64,000 bases of DNA from a virus (Duplodnaviria > Caudoviricetes), in the IMG/VR virus record IMGVR_UViG_3300028805_000056, positions 84,552 to 148,551 of that record, one strand, 5' to 3'. Positions 29,425-38,891 of the stretch are shown here, piece by piece. Position 1 is the first letter of the stretch, and each line of letters starts with the position of its first letter. The translations under genes were made by a program, and so were the position numbers. The notes beneath the pieces are model-generated. The model saw only the letters and a program-made list of their open reading frames with translations, ran no database searches and was not told the origin of the DNA.

Positions 29425-29670
29425 ATGAAGTTATTTGCGATTGGAAATTATGACAAGTATAATGTTTATGCGTTAGTCATTGCTGAAACGGAAGAGCAAG
29501 CCCTTGAAAAAATCAAGAATCTTAAAGAAGGTGATAGTGTTGGGGGCTTTGGTGATGCTGATTATCCTCTTGATGAATTTGACCTTGAGGATGGGGCATC
29601 CATAAGTGACTTGAAAGAAACTAAAAGGGTAACTGAAATTACGAGCGGTATATATTTTATGGAAAATTAA
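29425..29670 (+). CDS. hypothetical protein
   Basis: 81-aa ORF between TATATTTG and terminator. Confidence 0.65.
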   Translation: MKLFAIGNYDKYNVYALVIAETEEQALEKIKNLKEGDSVGGFGDADYPLDEFDLEDGASISDLKETKRVTEITSGIYFMEN

Positions 29671-29680
29671 TAACATAACT

Positions 29681-29715
29681 AATGAGCAACCGAAATAGGC
29701 TGTTCATTTTTTTTT
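29681..29715 (+). terminator. intrinsic terminator
   Basis: AATGAGCA..CC/GG..TGTTCATT imperfect stem plus T-run. Confidence 0.6.
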
Positions 29716-29744
29716 GTACTTTTTCAAAAAAAGTTGGTGAAAAA

Positions 29745-29776
29745 TTTGGCCAATTGGGAAAATTGTCTTACCTTTG
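29745..29776 (+). promoter_or_regulatory. class I sigma-A promoter
   Basis: TTTG-N20-TACCTTTG. Confidence 0.85.
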
Positions 29777-29789
29777 CAGCCGAAATGAG

Positions 29790-29823
29790 AATGAAGGCTG
29801 CGTTTGTCAGCCGAAAACAAAAA
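29790..29823 (+). repeat. 34-nt leader hairpin element, copy 1
   Basis: AATGAAGGCTGCGTTTGTCAGCCGAAAACAAAAA; 33/34 identical to 46423..46456. Confidence 0.85.
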
Positions 29824-29880
29824 ACGTTGCGAAAAAAGTCGTTACGAAAAAAGTCGCATAACATTAATTTAATAGACACA

Positions 29881-30546
29881 ATGAAGGAAAAGATTAGTAA
29901 TTTGATCAAGCCACTTAAGAAGAGTTTGGTTGCAGTGTTCTGTTTTGCACTTGGTGCATTGGTTTACAAGTACATTAGTGAATACGTTGAGGAACAGCGT
30001 CTCCTGAATTATCCGTTTGTAGTAATGAAGCATGAGGCTGAACTATTCTACAATGAGTTTAAGTGTGAACTTGTCAAGGTAACCAAGGCGTACATTGACA
30101 GTGTTGCACCGACGAGCAGTCTTAACGGTTATGCAGTAGTTGATCTTTGTGAACAGTATGACCTTGATATTAGATTTGTTCTTGCACAAGGTCAGGTTGA
30201 GTCACACTTCGGGACCAAGGGTATGGCAGCAAAGACAAACAGTGTGTTCAATGTCGGTGCATTTGATGGTGACACGTATGAACAGATTCAGGGAAGATAC
30301 AAGTACAAGCACCCGGACTATTCAATTGAACCCTATATCCGACTATTATATAAGGATTATATTGGGGGTAAGAGAACCGAATTGGACCTTTTGGCTAAAT
30401 ATGTGAACAAGAATGGTAAACGATACGCAAGCGGTCCTGATTATGAGAACAAATTGTTAGCCCTTTTTAAGAAGATTGATGAGACCACAAATATCAATTA
30501 TTTGCAGGGAGAAATGCGCAGATATAAGATAATTTGCGGAAAATAA
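29881..30546 (+). CDS. GH73-like glucosaminidase / peptidoglycan hydrolase with N-terminal membrane anchor
   Basis: LAQGQVESHFG, NSVFNVG, RYAS..DYE.KL; hydrophobic LVAVFCFALGALVY. Confidence 0.75.
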   Translation: MKEKISNLIKPLKKSLVAVFCFALGALVYKYISEYVEEQRLLNYPFVVMKHEAELFYNEFKCELVKVTKAYIDSVAPTSSLNGYAVVDLCEQYDLDIRFVLAQGQVESHFGTKGMAAKTNSVFNVGAFDGDTYEQIQGRYKYKHPDYSIEPYIRLLYKDYIGGKRTELDLLAKYVNKNGKRYASGPDYENKLLALFKKIDETTNINYLQGEMRRYKIICGK

Positions 30547-30565
30547 TAAAAAAACCCTCAAAAAA

Positions 30566-30597
30566 TTTGGCCGATTCAAAATTTTTTCGTACCTTTG
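30566..30597 (+). promoter_or_regulatory. class I sigma-A promoter
   Basis: TTTG-N20-TACCTTTG. Confidence 0.85.
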
Positions 30598-30624
30598 CAA
30601 AAGAAAACTAAAACAGAGAAAGAT

Positions 30625-31965
30625 ATGAGTACATTGAACGAGATTTTCAACGTGAAGTTGACTGAGAACGGTGACAAGAGTTTTAACTCTACTATGAACC
30701 CACTTTTGGACTTGCTTTTCATGTCCGAATACTACCAAAATCATTTGGATGAGGTCCGTATCGGAAATTCCGAAAAGGAACAGTTGTTCGCAATGTTTAT
30801 GCGTGACCCAAGGTATGGTGTCGGGCGCAGGGACTATGGCCGCGAACTGATGAAGCAATCCGGTGTTCCAATGGAGGGTGTCATCCTTGCGGGACGTTTT
30901 GACGACCTCTTTTATAAGTGGGAGGAAATGCCCGAGGATGAGTTTAATACCCTCGCAAAGTTCCTCTACCGTGAGATTTATAACGGTAATGAACTGGTCA
31001 AGAAGTGGATGCCTAGATACTCTTCCAAGAATCTGCTTCTTGCTAGGAAGTTTGCCAAGGCTTTTGGTATGAACAAGCAGCAATACGGTCACTTTGTCAA
31101 GTGTGACACGGTTGAGAACAAGTTGTCGAGAAAGGATACCGACAGCATTGTGTTCGAGCACGTACCGTCCCTGGCAATGCTGAAGTACTTCCAACGTTTC
31201 ATGCGGAAGAATGACACGCATGACCGTTTCAACGAGTATCTTGAGAGTGTGAAGTCCGGGAATAAGGAAATCAAGGTGACAACGACGAATGTTTATGACA
31301 TTTACAGAAATCGTCAGAATATTGATCCTGACGTATTCTTTGAGGCTCTCCCAAAGACAAAGGGAAACTGGCTGCCAATCATTGATACATCGGGTTCAAT
31401 GGTATGTGGTGATGCTATGGGCAAGGCTCTCGCTATCGGTCACTATCTTGCCAAGACATCCACCTATGCCCCTGACACGGCAATAAGTTTCTCGTCTCAC
31501 CCACAGTTAATAAAACTTGGGCAAGATAAAACGCGGGTTTATTACGATTATGAATGTCCGGTTCGTGATGCGGGTGACAGCAAATACCTTAAGGAGATAA
31601 AGTCCTTATATACCGGTGATTGTTCGAATACGGATTTCGGTGCTGTTATGGACCTGCTTAAGGACCTTACAGATGTTCCCGAGTATCTTGTTGTCCTTTC
31701 CGATATGGAGTTTGATCGCGGTAGTAATCAGTCCAAGGAAGAACTTGAAGCGTTGTGGAAGGAGAGGGGTTATAGGACCAAGATAGTTTGGTGGAACCTG
31801 AATGACCGTAATAAGACCGTTCCTGAGATTGACAAGAACGGAAACATCTATATGAGCGGTTATTCTCCGCAGCTTCTCCAATATCTTGAGAGTGGCTTCG
31901 ATGGGAATGCATTCCTCGAAAACTTGCTCACTGAGTACGCAAAGAAGATAACCGCGGACCAATAA
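30625..31965 (+). CDS. DUF2828 (TROVE-like + vWA) protein
   Basis: TENGD, LLDL.F, RDPR.G.G.R, KWMPR, MIDAS DTSGSM, SDMEFD, SGYSP. Confidence 0.85.
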   Translation: MSTLNEIFNVKLTENGDKSFNSTMNPLLDLLFMSEYYQNHLDEVRIGNSEKEQLFAMFMRDPRYGVGRRDYGRELMKQSGVPMEGVILAGRFDDLFYKWEEMPEDEFNTLAKFLYREIYNGNELVKKWMPRYSSKNLLLARKFAKAFGMNKQQYGHFVKCDTVENKLSRKDTDSIVFEHVPSLAMLKYFQRFMRKNDTHDRFNEYLESVKSGNKEIKVTTTNVYDIYRNRQNIDPDVFFEALPKTKGNWLPIIDTSGSMVCGDAMGKALAIGHYLAKTSTYAPDTAISFSSHPQLIKLGQDKTRVYYDYECPVRDAGDSKYLKEIKSLYTGDCSNTDFGAVMDLLKDLTDVPEYLVVLSDMEFDRGSNQSKEELEALWKERGYRTKIVWWNLNDRNKTVPEIDKNGNIYMSGYSPQLLQYLESGFDGNAFLENLLTEYAKKITADQ

Positions 31966-31997
31966 GTCCGTGGTTAACTTATTTTAACATCAAAAAT

Positions 31998-32028
31998 TTT
32001 GTAGTTTCCAAAAATTGTTGTACCTTTG
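31998..32028 (+). promoter_or_regulatory. class I sigma-A promoter heading the mosaic array
   Basis: TTTG-N19-TACCTTTG; preceded by hairpin 31950..31975. Confidence 0.85.
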
Positions 32029-32051
32029 CAGCAGAAACGGAGAATAAAGTT

Positions 32052-32285
32052 ATGAAAGCACCTGACAAGATTTATCGTACAACAACTTATCTTGACAATG
32101 ATAAAGGTAAAACGTTGTGGAAAGAGGCTCCGGCTAAAGGGGCAGAAAATATTGAATATACACGAACTGATACCTTTATTGATAAGGCTGTTAATTTTTT
32201 TATTCCATACATTCGAGATAATAGTGGTGGATATGAGAGAGCAGCCGTTATTGAAGATTTCAAAAACTATATGAAAAGTGAATAA
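32052..32285 (+). CDS. paralog family B protein
   Basis: APDKIY / IEYTRTD.FI.KA / IEDFKNYMK.E. Confidence 0.85.
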   Translation: MKAPDKIYRTTTYLDNDKGKTLWKEAPAKGAENIEYTRTDTFIDKAVNFFIPYIRDNSGGYERAAVIEDFKNYMKSE

Positions 32286-32287
32286 CT

Positions 32288-32761
32288 ATGGAAAAGGAAA
32301 TTAACATTATAGCCCCAGAAGGCTACGAAATTGACAAAGAAAATAGTACACTTGAGTGTATTAAGTTCAAAGCAATCCAAAAGAAGAAAAGGTGGAGAGA
32401 TAAAGATGCCGTAATAGGAGGATATTATATAAATGACTCCTCTGAAATTATATTTGCTAAATGTCATAATACGCTTGCTAATTGTAATGTTTTCGCAACT
32501 AAAAAACAAGCCAAATCAGCACTTGCTATGGCAAGAATTAGTCAGATTATGGCTAATGATGAAAGATTTGGTGGTGTTGTAACTGATGAAGAGTGGGCTG
32601 ACGATGATTTATTCAAGTTTGCTATCACAAGAAAAAATAATCACATTGAGACAGCAATTTATGGTAGTTATTATGATTTCCTCGCCTTCCACACAAAAGA
32701 ACAAAGAGATTTATTTCTTAAAGAGAATGAGGATTTAGTAAAAGATTATTTAATGCTTTGA
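32288..32761 (+). CDS. hypothetical phage protein
   Basis: 157-aa ORF in array. Confidence 0.75.
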   Translation: MEKEINIIAPEGYEIDKENSTLECIKFKAIQKKKRWRDKDAVIGGYYINDSSEIIFAKCHNTLANCNVFATKKQAKSALAMARISQIMANDERFGGVVTDEEWADDDLFKFAITRKNNHIETAIYGSYYDFLAFHTKEQRDLFLKENEDLVKDYLML

Positions 32762-32767
32762 TTTAAT

Positions 32768-33832
32768 ATGGACTACGAAAAGAGATATGAAAAACTTGTT
32801 GATGCAGTAAAAGTGCTGCGAGATAACAATCCATCTGACGAAGGTATTCAGAATTGGGTTAATGACAATGTGCCCGAACTCAAAGAGAGTGAGGGCGAAA
32901 AAATAAGGAAATGGCTTATCGCTCAACTTGAACTTAAATCAGATATTAATAACCAACGTGATTTAGAATTGATGATTCTAAAAGCTATTGCTTGGCTTGA
33001 AAAACAGGGTGAAGTAGATAACCCACACAACTATCTATATGGTGAGCGGAAGTCGGTTGATAAAGTTAAGCCAAAGTTCAAGGTTGGTGATTGGGTAGTA
33101 GATGATTACGGTTTAATATGGAAAATAGGAGGAATCCTAAAACAATTTTATCTCTTAGAAGGTGTAGGAGGGGGTGAATCACGTCCTACAATAGAACGGG
33201 TTGATAAGACCTATCATCTTTGGTCATTGAAGGATGCAAAGGATGGTGATGTGCTTGTTGCTTCTGATGATTCTGTCTTTATTTATGCAGGTTCAACAGA
33301 TATACATGCACAATTTTATATAGCATTAACTAAATATGGTGATTTCAATACTAAAGGCGGCAATTGGGAAGACAAAAATTGTGTCAAACCTGCAACCAAA
33401 GAGCAACGTGACCTCTTATTCCAAAAGATGAAGGAAGCGGGTTATGAATGGGATGCTAAAAATAAAGAATTGAATAAGATTGAAGATGAGCCTGTTACTA
33501 TAATTCCAAAATTTAAAGTTGGAGATATTATCAGGCATAAGAAACAAGGTTTTACATGTAAAATAACTGCCGTTGATACGGAATATAGATTATCTGAATG
33601 TAATGGAACTCATTTGCCTTTTGACTGTCAAGATTATTATGAACTTGTAGATGAAAATCCTGCTTGGAGTGAAGAAGATGAAGAAAATCTTAATCAATTA
33701 CATAAACTTATTGTAAAAAAAGCGTATGAGGAATATGAAATTGATACTGAAGATGAAACTCTTTGGGGCAAACATGCTATTTTAGATAATTGGCTCAAAT
33801 CTTTGAAAGAAAGAATAAAAGGAGGACATTAA
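32768..33832 (+). CDS. paralog family E modular protein
   Basis: IAWLEKQ, PKFKVGD x2, HLWSLKDAKDGDVL, PATKEQRDLLFQKM.EAGY.WD, WSEEDE, NWLKSLK. Confidence 0.9.
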   Translation: MDYEKRYEKLVDAVKVLRDNNPSDEGIQNWVNDNVPELKESEGEKIRKWLIAQLELKSDINNQRDLELMILKAIAWLEKQGEVDNPHNYLYGERKSVDKVKPKFKVGDWVVDDYGLIWKIGGILKQFYLLEGVGGGESRPTIERVDKTYHLWSLKDAKDGDVLVASDDSVFIYAGSTDIHAQFYIALTKYGDFNTKGGNWEDKNCVKPATKEQRDLLFQKMKEAGYEWDAKNKELNKIEDEPVTIIPKFKVGDIIRHKKQGFTCKITAVDTEYRLSECNGTHLPFDCQDYYELVDENPAWSEEDEENLNQLHKLIVKKAYEEYEIDTEDETLWGKHAILDNWLKSLKERIKGGH

Positions 33833-33835
33833 ATT

Positions 33836-35002
33836 ATGACTACAGAAGAAAAGGCAAAACGTTTTGATGAAGTTGTTGAAGAATTTAGAGGACTTTTAGA
33901 AGGCGTTCATGAAGATAAATGTGATATTATGGAAGAAGATATATTAAAAATTGTTCCTGAATTAAAAAGATCAGAAGATGAGAGGATAAGGAAGGAACTT
34001 TTGGAGCATTGTAAGAATCAAGCTAAACCATATATTCAGACAGGAAATAAATGTCCTCAAATTCAATCTTGGATTGCCTGGCTTGAAAAGCAAGATGAAC
34101 AAAAACCTGCTGATAAATTTGAACCAAAGTTTAAGGTTGGTGACTGGATTGTTTGGAAAGACAAGAACTATAAAGTCAATTATAATGCTTGTGGATATGA
34201 ATTGTTTGACCAAAATGGTTTAAGTACATCTTGGGCTTATAAAACTATTGAAGATAATGCCCATCTTTGGTCATTAAAAGATGCAAAGGATGGTGACGTG
34301 CTTGCTTGCAATGAAGAAATTTTACTATTCAAATCATATTCAGTACAAAACCGTATCTCTTTATACTGTTGGTATAACGGGCAAACAAATAATTTCCATG
34401 ATAAAGAAGTGACTGATACTTTAGTAACTACAAGAAATAAGATATGCCCTGCCACTAAAGAACAACGTGACCTTTTATTCCAAAAGATGCACGAAGCGGG
34501 TTATGAATGGGATGCTGAAAAGAAAGAACCGAAGAAGATTCATGTTATTGATGAAGGCAAGGCTGAAATGGACTATTGTTCTAAAATGATGAATGGTGAG
34601 AAGGTAAGTCCAACTTGGACTGAAGAGGATGAAAAGATGGTGAAGGATATAATAGCAGCTATCGATACATTATATTATCATGGAATGGTGAACTGGCTCA
34701 AATCCATCAAAGACAGAGTACAGCCACAGCCAAAGCAAGAGTGGAGTGATGAAAATAAAAACATAATTGACGGTATAATTGAATATCTTGAATGTTTTAA
34801 TGATTACGATTGTGGTGACGAGCCATATGAAGAATATTATGAAAGATTCGAAAAATACATTAAATTTATGGAGTCGCTTAAACCACAACCTCAGTGGAAA
34901 CCAAGTGAAGAGCAGATGAACGAATTAACCTGTGTTATTAGCGGGTGTTCTTATGAAACCCCAATATTGATAGAGTTATTAGAACAACTAAAAAAACTTT
35001 AA
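33836..35002 (+). CDS. paralog family E modular protein
   Basis: Same anchors plus extra QEWSDE and QWKPSEEQM modules. Confidence 0.9.
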   Translation: MTTEEKAKRFDEVVEEFRGLLEGVHEDKCDIMEEDILKIVPELKRSEDERIRKELLEHCKNQAKPYIQTGNKCPQIQSWIAWLEKQDEQKPADKFEPKFKVGDWIVWKDKNYKVNYNACGYELFDQNGLSTSWAYKTIEDNAHLWSLKDAKDGDVLACNEEILLFKSYSVQNRISLYCWYNGQTNNFHDKEVTDTLVTTRNKICPATKEQRDLLFQKMHEAGYEWDAEKKEPKKIHVIDEGKAEMDYCSKMMNGEKVSPTWTEEDEKMVKDIIAAIDTLYYHGMVNWLKSIKDRVQPQPKQEWSDENKNIIDGIIEYLECFNDYDCGDEPYEEYYERFEKYIKFMESLKPQPQWKPSEEQMNELTCVISGCSYETPILIELLEQLKKL

Positions 35003-35003
35003 T

Positions 35004-35306
35004 ATGATATTTTATCACGGAACATCACAAGAAAATTGGGAGGCTATTCAGCAAGAAGGTTTCCTTTATGGCAGAAGATATATTACTGACAATAATGGAA
35101 AGATAGTCAAGGAGGTTAATAGATGTACATATCTTGCAACTGACTTGGAGGAAGCCGAACAATATGGAGACGTAGTGCTTCAAGTTGAGTATGACCCAAA
35201 GAATTCAACACATAACAACTATATAGATGGTTGTTGGCAGTTAAGAGTATATGAACCTATACCTCTGTCTCAAATAAAATTACTTAACACAAGAAAGGAA
35301 GATTAA
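35004..35306 (+). CDS. putative ADP-ribosyltransferase-fold protein
   Basis: FYHGTS....AI..EGF, YLATDLEEAEQYG pattern of H-Y class ART folds. Confidence 0.5.
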   Translation: MIFYHGTSQENWEAIQQEGFLYGRRYITDNNGKIVKEVNRCTYLATDLEEAEQYGDVVLQVEYDPKNSTHNNYIDGCWQLRVYEPIPLSQIKLLNTRKED

Positions 35307-35307
35307 T

Positions 35308-35583
35308 ATGGAAGCACCAGAGAAGATTTATATGCCAAATGAATTGCTATTAGAAGAATGGCAAAGACACATTGAAGGAGAGGATATTGAGTATGTTCGC
35401 ACTGATTCATTTTTTGAGAAGGCAAAAGATTGGTTCATAACGCATGTCAATATTCCACAAGATGTTGCAACTAATGAGGATGGAGAGCCATTAGCAGACA
35501 GTTATATCAAGTATGCGAAAGCAAGATTCAATGCAGCAAATGAAATGTTTGAAAACTTCAAAAACTATATGAAAGGAGAATAA
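35308..35583 (+). CDS. paralog family B protein
   Basis: APEKIY / IEYVRTD / FKNYMKGE. Confidence 0.85.
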   Translation: MEAPEKIYMPNELLLEEWQRHIEGEDIEYVRTDSFFEKAKDWFITHVNIPQDVATNEDGEPLADSYIKYAKARFNAANEMFENFKNYMKGE

Positions 35584-35584
35584 T

Positions 35585-35854
35585 ATGAAAGACAGCGAAA
35601 TAATTTATAGTATTTATGAATTCATGTCAGACAACGTTTTTGGCTTGTCATTAATATCAATCTGTATTTTTTCTATTTATTTAATGTTTTTTTGGGAAAA
35701 TAAAGTGAGATGGTGGCTTAGATTACCAATTATAAACTTATTGCTTTTTGTCCTTTTAATTATTGGAGGGACTATAGAAGAAATCTATCTTACCTTTCAC
35801 CCGAAAGAACGAACAAAGTACATCAAAACAAGCATTTTTGATAGATTTTTTTAA
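35585..35854 (+). CDS. small membrane protein
   Basis: Two hydrophobic segments. Confidence 0.65.
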   Translation: MKDSEIIYSIYEFMSDNVFGLSLISICIFSIYLMFFWENKVRWWLRLPIINLLLFVLLIIGGTIEEIYLTFHPKERTKYIKTSIFDRFF

Positions 35855-35856
35855 AT

Positions 35857-36075
35857 ATGGAAGCACCTGACAAGATTTACTTGGAAAAAGTATATCCAGA
35901 TAACGGGATTTTGCCTAATGGACTTAATTATAATCAAAGTCCAAATGATATTGAATACACCCGAACTGATGCCTTTATTGAGAAGACTTGCAAGTTTCTT
36001 TTTGAAAATTATCACGGAGAGAAACTATCATTAAGAATGATTGAGGACTTCAAAAATTATATGAAAGGAGAATAA
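35857..36075 (+). CDS. paralog family B protein
   Basis: APDKIY / IEYTRTDAFIEK / IEDFKNYMKGE. Confidence 0.85.
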   Translation: MEAPDKIYLEKVYPDNGILPNGLNYNQSPNDIEYTRTDAFIEKTCKFLFENYHGEKLSLRMIEDFKNYMKGE

Positions 36076-36078
36076 ACT

Positions 36079-36234
36079 ATGACAAAAGAAGAATTAGTAC
36101 AGTTTTTGAAAGATAACTTAAAAATAAAAATTGTTGCAGACAAATATTGTGACAATGGCTATGACATAATAGTAAAGGTATTATTGGGTGATGATTGTAT
36201 TTCAGAATGTTCCGATTATATTATAGTAAGATAA
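36079..36234 (+). CDS. small hypothetical protein (51 aa)
   Basis: MTKEELVQFLKDNL...; fills the gap between array genes exactly. Confidence 0.6.
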   Translation: MTKEELVQFLKDNLKIKIVADKYCDNGYDIIVKVLLGDDCISECSDYIIVR

Positions 36235-36237
36235 ATT

Positions 36238-36675
36238 ATGACACAAGAAGAAAAAGAGCTGTTAGTGAAGTATCTCTGTATGGCATTGCCTTATAATGTG
36301 AAATGCAATGTTCCAACTTATAATTTTGCAATGACACTTACAGGCAAAAGATTAAACTATTTCTGCTTTCATAAAAATGAGTGGGGTATTGATTATAGCC
36401 ATGAGATTGAAGCAGTGTTAGACCCGTTGAATGACCAAAATAATGATTATGTTGTCAAGCCCTATCTCCGCCAGATGTCAAGTATGACTGAGGAAGAAAT
36501 AAATGAATATAATGAGTATCTTTTTTATGGTTCTTCAATAGGGTTGTCGTCAAATACAGTAACCGCCTATGAACTTATTAATTGGCTCCTCAAAAATCAT
36601 TTTGACTTCTTGGGTTTGATCTCTAAAGGATTGGCTATTGAAGTAACAGAAGAGAATAATCCTTATAAAGAATAA
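36238..36675 (+). CDS. paralog family A protein
   Basis: Family A anchors. Confidence 0.9.
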   Translation: MTQEEKELLVKYLCMALPYNVKCNVPTYNFAMTLTGKRLNYFCFHKNEWGIDYSHEIEAVLDPLNDQNNDYVVKPYLRQMSSMTEEEINEYNEYLFYGSSIGLSSNTVTAYELINWLLKNHFDFLGLISKGLAIEVTEENNPYKE

Positions 36676-36678
36676 ATT

Positions 36679-36939
36679 ATGAAAGCAAACGAAGTACCGG
36701 AGAAAATTTATGTAACAGAAGGTATGTTGTTTATGACAAATCCTGAAATAACTTTACGGGGAAATGGTAATAAAATTGAGTACACTCGAACTGATGCCTT
36801 TATTGAGAAGGCTTGCAATTTTATTAGAATCAATGCATATAAATATCGCAAATTAAAGTTTGTTAAAAATAAACCAACTTTTGACTTTCGTACAGATTGG
36901 CTTATTGAGGATTTAAGAAATTATATGAAAGGAGAATAA
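36679..36939 (+). CDS. paralog family B protein
   Basis: PEKIY / IEYTRTDAFIEKAC / IEDLRNYMKGE. Confidence 0.85.
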   Translation: MKANEVPEKIYVTEGMLFMTNPEITLRGNGNKIEYTRTDAFIEKACNFIRINAYKYRKLKFVKNKPTFDFRTDWLIEDLRNYMKGE

Positions 36940-36942
36940 ACT

Positions 36943-37077
36943 ATGAAACTGATTATACACGATTTGGACAACAATGTCGTAGATGTGATAATTTGTAAAA
37001 CACCAATTTCCAAAGGTATTAAGGAAGCTAAAAAGAAATATCCGCCAGGAAAATATACAGCAACTTTAACATTTTAA
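36943..37077 (+). CDS. small hypothetical protein (44 aa)
   Basis: Starts ATGAAACTGAT like family C but unrelated body. Confidence 0.5.
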   Translation: MKLIIHDLDNNVVDVIICKTPISKGIKEAKKKYPPGKYTATLTF

Positions 37078-37082
37078 AATAT

Positions 37083-37466
37083 ATGAGCCTGATAGACAAA
37101 GACGCTTTAAAGGTGGAGATAGAGAAAGAGATAAAAGACATTTATGCAGGTAGAGAATATGTCGGCATCCCTTCTTGGGAGGAAAGAGAAATTGACGGAT
37201 TAGAAAAAGCAATAGAAATCTTGAACACCCTTGAAGTGAAAGGGGTGGACTTAGAGAAGGAAATAACTTTATGGGCAAATGCAAATCCAGAAATACGACT
37301 TGATGACGTTGAAAGACTTGCAAAGCATTTCTTTGAATTAGGCATTAAAGTAAGTAGGATGACCGCTGTTTTAGATAGTGGAATTGCGGAGGAATTTATA
37401 TTAGACCTTAAAAGGCTTGAAAACGACTATAAGCGGCTGATGAAAAAGATACAGAAAGGAGAATAA
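37083..37466 (+). CDS. paralog family C protein with 33-aa insertion in tail
   Basis: LIDKD / NTLEVK.VDLEKE / AKHFFELGIKV-[insert]-QKGE. Confidence 0.85.
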   Translation: MSLIDKDALKVEIEKEIKDIYAGREYVGIPSWEEREIDGLEKAIEILNTLEVKGVDLEKEITLWANANPEIRLDDVERLAKHFFELGIKVSRMTAVLDSGIAEEFILDLKRLENDYKRLMKKIQKGE

Positions 37467-37508
37467 ATAGCCACCAAATGTTAAAATTATGTTAAAAACA
37501 TGAATTTC

Positions 37509-37540
37509 CTTGGTCAATTTAAAAAATTGTAGTACATTTG
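37509..37540 (+). promoter_or_regulatory. class I sigma-A promoter
   Basis: CTTG-N20-TACATTTG followed by CAGCAGAAAACAAAAA. Confidence 0.75.
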
Positions 37541-37711
37541 CAGCAGAAAACAAAAAACAAAGATAAGAAACTATGACAATCAGAGAAAGAATACAACGCA
37601 TTGCTACAAAGGCAAACGTACCATATGGAACAATAAGCATTTTGGTGAACAGTTTCTATGGGAAGGGAAGCATTCCTTTTGAGGACAGAATTGAATTACT
37701 TGAAAAACAAT

Positions 37712-37915
37712 ATGAAATACATGGGAATAACAGTCGGACGAATTGTTGAAGGGTTTTGTATCCTCCCTTCTATTAATTTAACTTGGGCAACATTAAAAGT
37801 AAAAGATAAACTGCCTGGTAATTATGCTACATATTATGACCTGCAATTTGCATGGCTATTTTGGTATTTTACTATTGGACAGATTAAAAACAAGTTAAAG
37901 GAACAAGGGTATTAA
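37712..37915 (+). CDS. hypothetical protein
   Basis: ORF in array. Confidence 0.55.
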   Translation: MKYMGITVGRIVEGFCILPSINLTWATLKVKDKLPGNYATYYDLQFAWLFWYFTIGQIKNKLKEQGY

Positions 37916-38259
37916 ATGAAAAATTGTGAATAAACTATGAGAATTAATTATGCAGAACTCTATGGCGTAGCAGATAATGAATCAGATTTCAGTGGTGCTA
38001 TTAAGAGGTCACTTAATATGGGGATGATGCATCTTGGGGAGAATTTTATAGAGACCATAAATAAAATTAGAAAAAAAGGGGAGTAGACTATGACACAAGA
38101 AGATAAAGAAAACATCATCTATTGGTTTGAACATATTGCACAAATTGCAGATGACAGGAAAACTGCCAATGGTGTAGTTATGGAAGATTGGGCTGCCCTT
38201 GATGAAATTAGGGCAATTGCCAAAGACAGTATATATTATATCAAAAATCATTGTAATTT

Positions 38260-38655
38260 ATGACAAAAGAAAATAAAGAACTATTAATGAAATACCTCTG
38301 TATGGCATCGCCATATGATGTTATAGTTGATTACGAGAATCATATCTATATACTTAATGAGGTTAACCCAGCTTGTAAGGATATGGACTATATTACTGTT
38401 CTCATACAAGATGTAGAAAGATTAATGTGTGCTGAAAACGAAATGATAGAAGACATTAAGCCATATCTCCGTCCAATGTCAAGTATGACTGAGGAAGAAT
38501 TAAAAGAATTTCAAGAATTTAGAAACATTACTCCATTAGATTGGCTTCCTCTTGCACTTGATTGGCTTCTTGAATATCATTTTGACTTTATGGGTTTAAT
38601 TCCCAAAGATTTGGCTATTGAAGTAACTGAAGAAAACAATCCGTATGAAAATTAG
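38260..38655 (+). CDS. paralog family A protein
   Basis: Family A anchors. Confidence 0.9.
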   Translation: MTKENKELLMKYLCMASPYDVIVDYENHIYILNEVNPACKDMDYITVLIQDVERLMCAENEMIEDIKPYLRPMSSMTEEELKEFQEFRNITPLDWLPLALDWLLEYHFDFMGLIPKDLAIEVTEENNPYEN

Positions 38656-38887
38656 AGTTGGATTCGGCACAAACGGTGACATATATGCAGACTTAGAGAA
38701 AGTGAAAGCCTGTAATTTTTGTACGCATTTCAAAGGTTATGGTCTCCATGCTTGTACTGGGCACTGTTTTAAACTTGAAAAAGACATAGACGGAGGCTAT
38801 ATAGGAAATTATAGTAAAGTAGCTCAAGAATGTGATGTTTTCAATGTTAGACCCGAACTAATTGAAAATAATCCATATAAAGAATAA
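38645..38887 (+). CDS. Cys-rich protein carrying the family A tail
   Basis: CNFCTH..C..HC; ends ENNPYKE. Confidence 0.7.
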   Translation: MKIRVGFGTNGDIYADLEKVKACNFCTHFKGYGLHACTGHCFKLEKDIDGGYIGNYSKVAQECDVFNVRPELIENNPYKE

Positions 38888-38891
38888 AGTT

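Noticed and set aside
1529-30624. ORF-track starts extending through promoters (1529, 11262, 22832, 29734, 30595)
   Set aside because: The extensions translate promoter or terminator DNA (for example CLTFAAE); downstream ATGs were used instead.
13605-31912. Long antisense ORFs (13605..14315, 19055..19474, 30457..31221 and others)
   Set aside because: Shadows of well-supported plus-strand genes, with no motifs or expression signals.
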